Below are positions 57,799 to 64,000 of a DNA stretch of 64,000 nucleotides, piece after piece. The stretch spans positions 1 to 64,000 of the forward strand of contig JBQLZK010000041.1 in assembly GCA_052168235.1 (NCBI GenBank), in the 5' to 3' direction. The first letter of the stretch is position 1, and each line of letters begins with the position of its first letter. The translations under genes were made by a program, and so were the position numbers. Source of the DNA: Thainema sp. Lineage in GTDB: Bacteria; Cyanobacteriota; Cyanobacteriia; Phormidesmidales; Phormidesmidaceae. A model generated the notes under the pieces. The model did no database searches. It saw only the letters and a list, made by a program, of their open reading frames with translations, and was not told the origin of the DNA.

Positions 57799-58761
57799 AT
57801 GTTGGACTCGTTGACTCAAGACCTGATAGCCGCAACGAAAGATTTACATCAGGTCAATGCGTGGATTGGACTGTTGAGATTTGTCGTGCTGGGTGGCAGC
57901 TTTCTGGCGCTAGTGAGCTTGGCTTGGGGCGCTGAAACTGCGATCGCATTTGTTGTCTGGACAGTTTTGGCCGGAATTCTATACACGTTCTGGCTAATTT
58001 GCACCCACGATGCGGTTCACCATACTCTGAGCGGCTGGGCTTGGTTCGATGAGCTGTCCTCGCGCCTGATTTCTTGGCCAATGATGTGGCCGTTTGGCGT
58101 CTATAGCGAACTACACCGTCTGCACCATAGCTGGAATGGCCGCAATCTGCGCGATCCAGAGCGAGTGCAGTGGACAATGCAGGAATATGAGCAAGCCCAT
58201 CCGCTGCTGCGCTGGTATGTGCGCCATCAGTGGCTTGTGGATATCTTCATCGCTAGTGGTATCGGCATGATTTTGAAAACGCTCTATAAAGGCGTTGTCC
58301 TGCGAACGGCGACACCGCGACTATCTTGGCAGCTGATCATGGATGGCGGCGGCATTGTAGTGATGCAGGGCTGCTTAATTGCGTTTGTCCTCGCCAGTGG
58401 CCACAGTCTACTGGAGTACCTGCTGTTTTGGTTTATTCTGGAGCGTACGATCGGTATTGGCATTCAGATGCGCGATCACCTGGAGCATTATGGTCTTTGG
58501 GGAAACCACGGCAAGCACCAAACTACCCAACTTTACACCTGTCGCAATCTGCATGTTTTAACAGGCATTGGTTGGTTAGTTGGGGGACTGCATTATCATT
58601 CAGTGCATCATGCCTTTCCGGGCATTCCGTTTAACCAGTTACCGGAAGCCTTTCAGCGAATTCAGGCGGTGCTGCAACAGCATCAAATGCCGCTGATGAC
58701 GGTTGATGCCGGCTACCTGCGGACGTCGTGGCAACTGAGCCAAAATCCATCACTAATATAG
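57799..58761 (+). CDS. Fatty acid desaturase family protein (ORF open from 57745)
   Basis: His boxes HDAVHH, HRLHH, HSVHH plus TM segments. Confidence 0.88.
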   Translation: MLDSLTQDLIAATKDLHQVNAWIGLLRFVVLGGSFLALVSLAWGAETAIAFVVWTVLAGILYTFWLICTHDAVHHTLSGWAWFDELSSRLISWPMMWPFGVYSELHRLHHSWNGRNLRDPERVQWTMQEYEQAHPLLRWYVRHQWLVDIFIASGIGMILKTLYKGVVLRTATPRLSWQLIMDGGGIVVMQGCLIAFVLASGHSLLEYLLFWFILERTIGIGIQMRDHLEHYGLWGNHGKHQTTQLYTCRNLHVLTGIGWLVGGLHYHSVHHAFPGIPFNQLPEAFQRIQAVLQQHQMPLMTVDAGYLRTSWQLSQNPSLI

Positions 58762-58905
58762 GGATCTGAATCTTGTATTGAGTACACCCAAATTCACATC
58801 GATTTACTTGTAAAAGCTGTTTTTTATAGGTGGATTTCGTATTAGAAGGTGTGTATGCGATCGCACCTAATCACTACTTCTTTAGCTTGTGGTGAATTTA
58901 ATCCA

Positions 58906-59955
58906 TTAGAACATTGGCACCCGATCTAATCGGGTCAGACATATCACACCAACTAAGCCCATTAACAGCACAAGCCAAATCCCGTAGGCCATCTGCGTGA
59001 CCTGCTTGGCTTTGGGCACTTCTTTCCAGTGTCGGGGGCGTAGATCCTGCACCAGAAAGGTGGTGACAGCCGCTAGGTTGAGGCAAATTAAATTAGTTGT
59101 TACCAGTAAAGCAGAGCTGATTGCCTCTGCCCAAAAGCCTGCTCCCAAGAGTAATCCCAGCACTACCAAGGGCGGCAGCAACGCCACCGATACCATGACG
59201 CCGACAATGCTGCTGCGTTCTTCAGTCGTCAGCGCGATCGCACCTGCCATCCCCGACGCAAAAGCCAAGATTCCATCTGACCAACCGACGTGAATGCGGC
59301 TGGCAATTTCGGATGAGCTGAGGTCTACGGGCACCGCTAAACCGATGCCTACCGCGAAGATCAGCGCCAGCAAAACGCCTACCATGCCTGTTAGAACGGT
59401 ACGAATGGCCAGTGAGGTGTCGCCCAGCGTCGTGGCAACGGCCAGCGCCATATTCGGCTTTAACAGCGGTGCAATCACCATTGCGCCAATCACCACCGCT
59501 TGGTTGTCGCGCAGAATACCAATAGTTGCGATCTCAGTTGAAAGCAGCACCATCGCTAGTTGTGACCAAGAGAGTTCAGCACTGCCTGCCACTCGGTCAT
59601 AAATTTCTGCTCGGTAAATCCGCGATTCTTTAGGATTGAGCTTAGTTTCAACGTCGGATGAGACTTCTTCCTGAACGGATTCTTGTACCGATTTTGAGTC
59701 GTTATTGGCTTCATATGGCAACGAAGCTTCTACCTCTAACAGCAGTAGCCGAAACCCTTCCACGCCGTCAAACTGCTGGTCGAACTGGTCAATAATTGCC
59801 TCAGTTTTAGTTGCATCAATAAAAATTCTCACCCATAGCTGCTGTTGCGACAGTGCTTCGTACCAGGCTTCAGCCGCTTCGTGATCTGCCAAAAGTGTTT
59901 CAACTTTTGCCCGTTCTGCTTCTGGCAGAAACACCTCTATCAAGCGTGAACTCAT
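58906..59955 (-). CDS. TIGR00341/DUF389 family membrane protein
   Basis: AVVIGAMVIAPLL, GVMVSVALLPP, TTNLICLNLA. Confidence 0.88.
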   Translation of the reverse strand: MSSRLIEVFLPEAERAKVETLLADHEAAEAWYEALSQQQLWVRIFIDATKTEAIIDQFDQQFDGVEGFRLLLLEVEASLPYEANNDSKSVQESVQEEVSSDVETKLNPKESRIYRAEIYDRVAGSAELSWSQLAMVLLSTEIATIGILRDNQAVVIGAMVIAPLLKPNMALAVATTLGDTSLAIRTVLTGMVGVLLALIFAVGIGLAVPVDLSSSEIASRIHVGWSDGILAFASGMAGAIALTTEERSSIVGVMVSVALLPPLVVLGLLLGAGFWAEAISSALLVTTNLICLNLAAVTTFLVQDLRPRHWKEVPKAKQVTQMAYGIWLVLLMGLVGVICLTRLDRVPMF

Positions 59956-60094
59956 AATTGTTGTTTACATTCCACTGTTTATGTTCCACTATTGTCTTTC
60001 TCCTGATCTCCTAATCTTGGATCAAGAATCCAGGATCATGGTAATGACGCATTGCGTCTGCGTCTGGGGTCAGAATTTCGTTGCCTAATGTGAT

Positions 60095-60685
60095 TTAGGT
60101 ACGCTTCAGAAAATCTGCTGTCGAATTAACGTGAGGGAACGGTTCATTGGGTATGTCTACGCCGAGTGCTTGACAGATGGGTTCCCAGCCATCGCTTGCT
60201 TGCCATTTGAGCAGCCGATTACCCAAGTCTGCATCAAGAACCTGCTCATTGTGCCGATGAAACGCAGCGATGCAGGCATCTCGATCATTGAGATTGAGGG
60301 TGAATCGTTTGTCCAATAGCGTATACATCATCTCGTACCACTGGCCTTCCGTTTCCTGTAGTTTTGGGAAGATAGTCGAGCTAGCACTTTTCCACCACGA
60401 TGCTGGCGTTCGGTACGACCAGATGATTAGCGCATCTGGATAGGCGTCACTCAGCTCTGGCCAAAACGAAGCAGAAGGCCAATCCACTGTAGCGGCATAG
60501 CCGTCAAAAATCACTGACCAATCCACCGTCTCGCCTAGTGCTGCTGCATGCCAAAGTGGGACGTGCTCTGGATGGCCAAACACCTCAATCATGTGATAGC
60601 AAGGCTCACCGAGTAAGCGCTCCAGTGCTAGCTTGAGCGAATTCGTACCTGTGCGACCCAGACCTGCGCCAATTACCTTTGGCAT
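60095..60685 (-). CDS. Sulfotransferase family protein
   Basis: KVIGAGLGRTGTNSLK.AL, PCYHM, VDWP, GWEPIC, PFPHVN. Confidence 0.9.
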   Translation of the reverse strand: MPKVIGAGLGRTGTNSLKLALERLLGEPCYHMIEVFGHPEHVPLWHAAALGETVDWSVIFDGYAATVDWPSASFWPELSDAYPDALIIWSYRTPASWWKSASSTIFPKLQETEGQWYEMMYTLLDKRFTLNLNDRDACIAAFHRHNEQVLDADLGNRLLKWQASDGWEPICQALGVDIPNEPFPHVNSTADFLKRT

Positions 60686-60880
60686 CTATCTAACTCCTCC
60701 CAATCCTCCCGACAGTGCTTTCATCATCTTATCCGAGGCTCTTTCGCTAGCCCTCTGCCTTTGGGCTTTGGTGCAAGACGAGAATCATCGATAGTCGTGT
60801 CCATAGAAAGATGCGATCGCAGATTTTCTATCGTTAGCATCGACAGACGGCCACCTAGAGAACATGAAACGGAGAACACT

Positions 60881-61720
60881 ATGACGCTTGAGGCACATGG
60901 ACTAATTCCCCTACTGGGACTTGGAACCTACCAGTTAGAAGGCAATACGGCCAGTGAAATTGTGCAACATGCTCTAGCAGTAGGCTATCGACATATCGAT
61001 ACTGCTCAAGCGTATGGCAATGAAGCTGCGGTTGGTCACGCGGTTCGGGCATCTGGTCTGCCCCGTGCCCATGTGTTCTTAACCACGAAGATCTGGCCCG
61101 ATCGCTTTAGCAAAACTGAGTTGCCCCGATCTGTAGACGAGAGTTTAGCCAAGCTAGACACCGAGTACGTAGACCTGCTGCTGCTCCACTGGCCCAGCCG
61201 CACCGTGCCTCTAGCGGAAACGCTGAATGTATTAATGGCGGTGCAGCAGTCCGGCAAAGCTCGCTACATTGGCGTGAGCAACTTTACGATTGATCTGATG
61301 CAGCAGGCTGCCGAAATCTGCGGTGAAGGTACGCTGATTACAAACCAGATTGAGTATCACCCCTATCTCAAACAGGAACAAGTCATTCAAGCTGCTCGCC
61401 GTTTAGGCATGGAAATCACGGCCTATCGACCCATTGCTAAGGGCCAAGTGCTGCATGATGACACCATTTTAGAGATCGCACAGCAGCATCAGAAGTCGGC
61501 AACTCAAGTGACGCTACGCTGGATTATACAGCAGGGTATCGTTGCCATTCCCCGCTCTAGTAATCCTCAGCATGTTGCTGAAAACTTTGATCTGTTTGAC
61601 TTTGAGCTTTCTCCTCAAGAGATGCAGGCCATCAGCAAGTTGAGAGGCGATCAGCGTTTGGTTGATCCGGAGGGACTAGCACCCGATTGGGATAATCCTC
61701 AACCCCTGGTGAGTAAATAA
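60881..61720 (+). CDS. Aldo/keto reductase (ORF open from 60761)
   Basis: LGLGTY, GYRHIDTAQAYGNE, DLLLLHWP, IGVSNF, NQIEYHP. Confidence 0.93.
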   Translation: MTLEAHGLIPLLGLGTYQLEGNTASEIVQHALAVGYRHIDTAQAYGNEAAVGHAVRASGLPRAHVFLTTKIWPDRFSKTELPRSVDESLAKLDTEYVDLLLLHWPSRTVPLAETLNVLMAVQQSGKARYIGVSNFTIDLMQQAAEICGEGTLITNQIEYHPYLKQEQVIQAARRLGMEITAYRPIAKGQVLHDDTILEIAQQHQKSATQVTLRWIIQQGIVAIPRSSNPQHVAENFDLFDFELSPQEMQAISKLRGDQRLVDPEGLAPDWDNPQPLVSK

Positions 61721-61724
61721 GTTA

Positions 61725-61817
61725 CATGGCAATCTTACGTTGACTATGAACAGGCCGTCCCAGCGGGGCGGTCTGTTCATAATTGACTCAATTTATCAGC
61801 TATTTAATAGAGCTATA
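61725..61817. repeat. Hairpin repeat family C, copy 2 (93 bp)
   Basis: Similar to 16494..16586. Confidence 0.75.
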
Positions 61818-61854
61818 TTTGTACCAAAACTCACAGATTATCTTTATGAAAAGT

Positions 61855-61913
61855 AAAAGTCCCAAATGCTATTTTGCCATCATGGTGCAATGGTAAATAG
61901 CATTTGGGACTTT
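61855..61913. repeat. Imperfect hairpin
   Basis: AAAGTCCCAAATGCTATTT..AAATAGCATTTGGGACTTT. Confidence 0.65.
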
Positions 61914-62382
61914 GATGTTACACAGGGTGAGACTGCGCCAAGCAAATCCTGTTGAGGAAACTTGCATTCGTAATTTTGGGGATTTATGGCTGGATTTTGT
62001 ATGAGATGAGCGTATATGATGACAGGGAACGGATCGGGTCAGATTTTAGGTTGAATTTTAGGTCAAATTCTGAGAGGAATTTGGGCTGTGTGTTTAGTGT
62101 CTATATTGAGTGCCTATATTGAGTAGTTAAATCCACATCTTGCATCAACCCTCAGAGAAATATTGTGTTATTTGCACCAGCACAATAATTTTGGGGATTG
62201 CTAATTTTAAGCATGAATTATGATCCGGGAGCACCGTCCCCAGATCACAATTCATACCCAGATTAAGCAACGCCTAATTTCTTTGGGTCTCAATTTGCAC
62301 ATGCAAGAACGTGAATCAATGCTGTTGAAATCATCCAGCGTTAGATAGGCACGCTTTACCTGAAACGTAAAAGCCATCAAGC

Positions 62383-63732
62383 ATGACTGAATCTGTACCC
62401 CCACCGAGCCGTCTACGGCTTTCTCCGTCTGGACTTCAACGAGTTGATACAATTCTGGAACGATTTGGCTGGCGCAAGCAATCCCCTGCTTGGTGCATGA
62501 AGGCTGAGGTGTCTGAGTCAACTCTAAAACGCTTTCGAGCCAGAAAGTTGCTAAAAGCTACAACATTTCAGCGAATTTGCCGCGCGCTTGAACTGCCCTG
62601 GGAAGAAGTGGTTGAAGTCTCGCTACCGAGTGAAACCGAACAGGATGCTTCCACTTGGGTCGGTAGAGCGGCGCTACTGAATACGTTGAATGAACAAATT
62701 CAATCCTGTCGCCTGCTTATCGTTACAGGAATTACAGGCATCGGCAAGACGGCCTTGATAGAACAGTTTGTCCGGTCATTGCGATCGCAGTATTCGCACA
62801 CAATTTTCTTCAATTTTGAAGCTCAACCCCATGTGCAGTTTGTTGATGCAGCGCGGGTTGCTCTCGAACAAATTTCGCAACCCGTGACTGAGGAAGAACA
62901 GCAGCAACCGGAACAGCTGATCAGCCGCTGGATACAGCTACTGGCAAACCAACATTATTTGGTTGTCATTGATTCGCTAGAGCAGATTTTGAAAGGAGAT
63001 GAACAAACGGGCTGGAGCAATTTTGTTGATCCGCTGTGGGATCTTTTCTTTCATCGATTGTTGGGCCAAGAAAGCTGCCACAGCCGAATTCTTTTGACCT
63101 CTCAAGATTTGCCCGGAGACCTGCAGGTTCATGGTCAGCGGTATCACACGCGCTTCTGGCATCAGCGGCTTCAAGGGTTAAATGCTGAAGAACAAACCCT
63201 GCTTTTTCAACGGCAAGGATTTGAGTTAGAACCAGCCAGTTTGGAGCAGGACTATTTGGTTCGCATAGGTGCCGCCTATGAAGGTCATCCCCTGGCCCTG
63301 CGAGTGATTGCGGGTGATATTTGGGAGCGGTTTGATGGTGAAGTGGTGGCTTATTGGCAGCAGTATGGCGGCAAAATTGAGGCGGTTGAACAAAGCCGCG
63401 TCACATTAGAGCTAGATCGATATTCTCAGGAATTGCGTCGGGCAGTGCGATCGCGGATTGAAGAATCCTTTAAGCGTCTATATCAAGATCTACCGGATGC
63501 GTATCTACTCATGTGTATTGCTTCTGTCCATCGAGAACCTGTGACAGAAGATTTTTTGTTGAACTCAGTTAGACGCTTGGGCTGGTCAGATGAACAATGC
63601 GAAAAAGCTCTTTATACGCTGCTCGATCGATCTCTGTTGGAAATTGCCCCAGGCTATCACTTAAGGCAACACAATTTAATTCGTAGCGTTGCCAAAGATC
63701 ATCTGGATAATTCTGAGAATATAGATAACTAA
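62383..63732 (+). CDS. HTH + NB-ARC/STAND ATPase with no C-terminal repeat domain
   Basis: N-terminal VSESTLKRF..FQRICRALELPWEEV; WVGR, GITGIGKT, LVVIDSLE, ILLTSQ, GHPLAL, HNLIR. Confidence 0.85.
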   Translation: MTESVPPPSRLRLSPSGLQRVDTILERFGWRKQSPAWCMKAEVSESTLKRFRARKLLKATTFQRICRALELPWEEVVEVSLPSETEQDASTWVGRAALLNTLNEQIQSCRLLIVTGITGIGKTALIEQFVRSLRSQYSHTIFFNFEAQPHVQFVDAARVALEQISQPVTEEEQQQPEQLISRWIQLLANQHYLVVIDSLEQILKGDEQTGWSNFVDPLWDLFFHRLLGQESCHSRILLTSQDLPGDLQVHGQRYHTRFWHQRLQGLNAEEQTLLFQRQGFELEPASLEQDYLVRIGAAYEGHPLALRVIAGDIWERFDGEVVAYWQQYGGKIEAVEQSRVTLELDRYSQELRRAVRSRIEESFKRLYQDLPDAYLLMCIASVHREPVTEDFLLNSVRRLGWSDEQCEKALYTLLDRSLLEIAPGYHLRQHNLIRSVAKDHLDNSENIDN

Positions 63733-63734
63733 AT

Positions 63735-64000
63735 ATGTGCGATCGCAAAATTGAGGAATCCAAAAGTCTTCAGTCGCTCTTATTGGAATTTTTGCCGCCT
63801 GAGCTAGAAGATTTAGTGCAAAACTTTGATCCTAATCGAATCAAGAGTAGTGGTACTTCAATCAAACAATTGGCTCATCAAGCTGCTCTGGGTAATTATT
63901 TAACCTATGACACTTTATCTCTAGCTAATGCTGCTCAATTTGAGGATGTGAAAGATTTATTTGAAGCCTCCTATCATGCTCGCATGTTGGAGTGTTGGGA
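63735..64000 (+). CDS. Partial ORF running off the window, coupled to the NB-ARC gene
   Basis: ATG 2 bp after the NB-ARC stop; open to the end: MCDRKIEESKSLQSLLLEFLPPELEDL...DLFEASYHARMLECW. Confidence 0.65.
   Translation, partial: MCDRKIEESKSLQSLLLEFLPPELEDLVQNFDPNRIKSSGTSIKQLAHQAALGNYLTYDTLSLANAAQFEDVKDLFEASYHARMLECW

Overview
Cyanobacterial chromosomal DNA, inferred from very frequent HIP1 GCGATCGC sites (often TGCGATCGCA), a PEP-CTERM gene and a cyanobacteriochrome GAF domain. The window has four parts. (1) ~1.9-5.7 kb is a decayed chromosomal integron: an intI with an internal deletion of the catalytic domain, three tandem 41-bp palindromic repeats, an attI-like site, an ORF-less hairpin cassette, and a ~2.6-kb AT-rich cassette carrying two unrecognised genes (my best candidate for a new, possibly anti-phage, system). 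Two attC sites close the cassettes and a PhnB-like pseudogene follows. (2) 5.7-16 kb holds a P-type ATPase, an NmrA protein, and phosphoketolase, gluconokinase and gluconate permease genes. (3) 16.8-47.5 kb is a signalling island: an RcaC-like regulator, an ethylene-receptor-type hybrid kinase, other two-component proteins, an EAL-CBCR GAF-GGDEF protein, and three tandem Ser/Thr kinase-AAA ATPase giants with HK, GGDEF or no output. (4) 47.6-64 kb holds HlyD, a large filamentous-haemagglutinin-type protein, metabolic genes and an HTH-NB-ARC gene. Intergenic DNA contains many REP/MITE-like hairpins, including a MITE family with 5-bp target-site duplications. I saw no rRNA, tRNA or CRISPR array. 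All calls come from reading motifs by eye; no searches were run.
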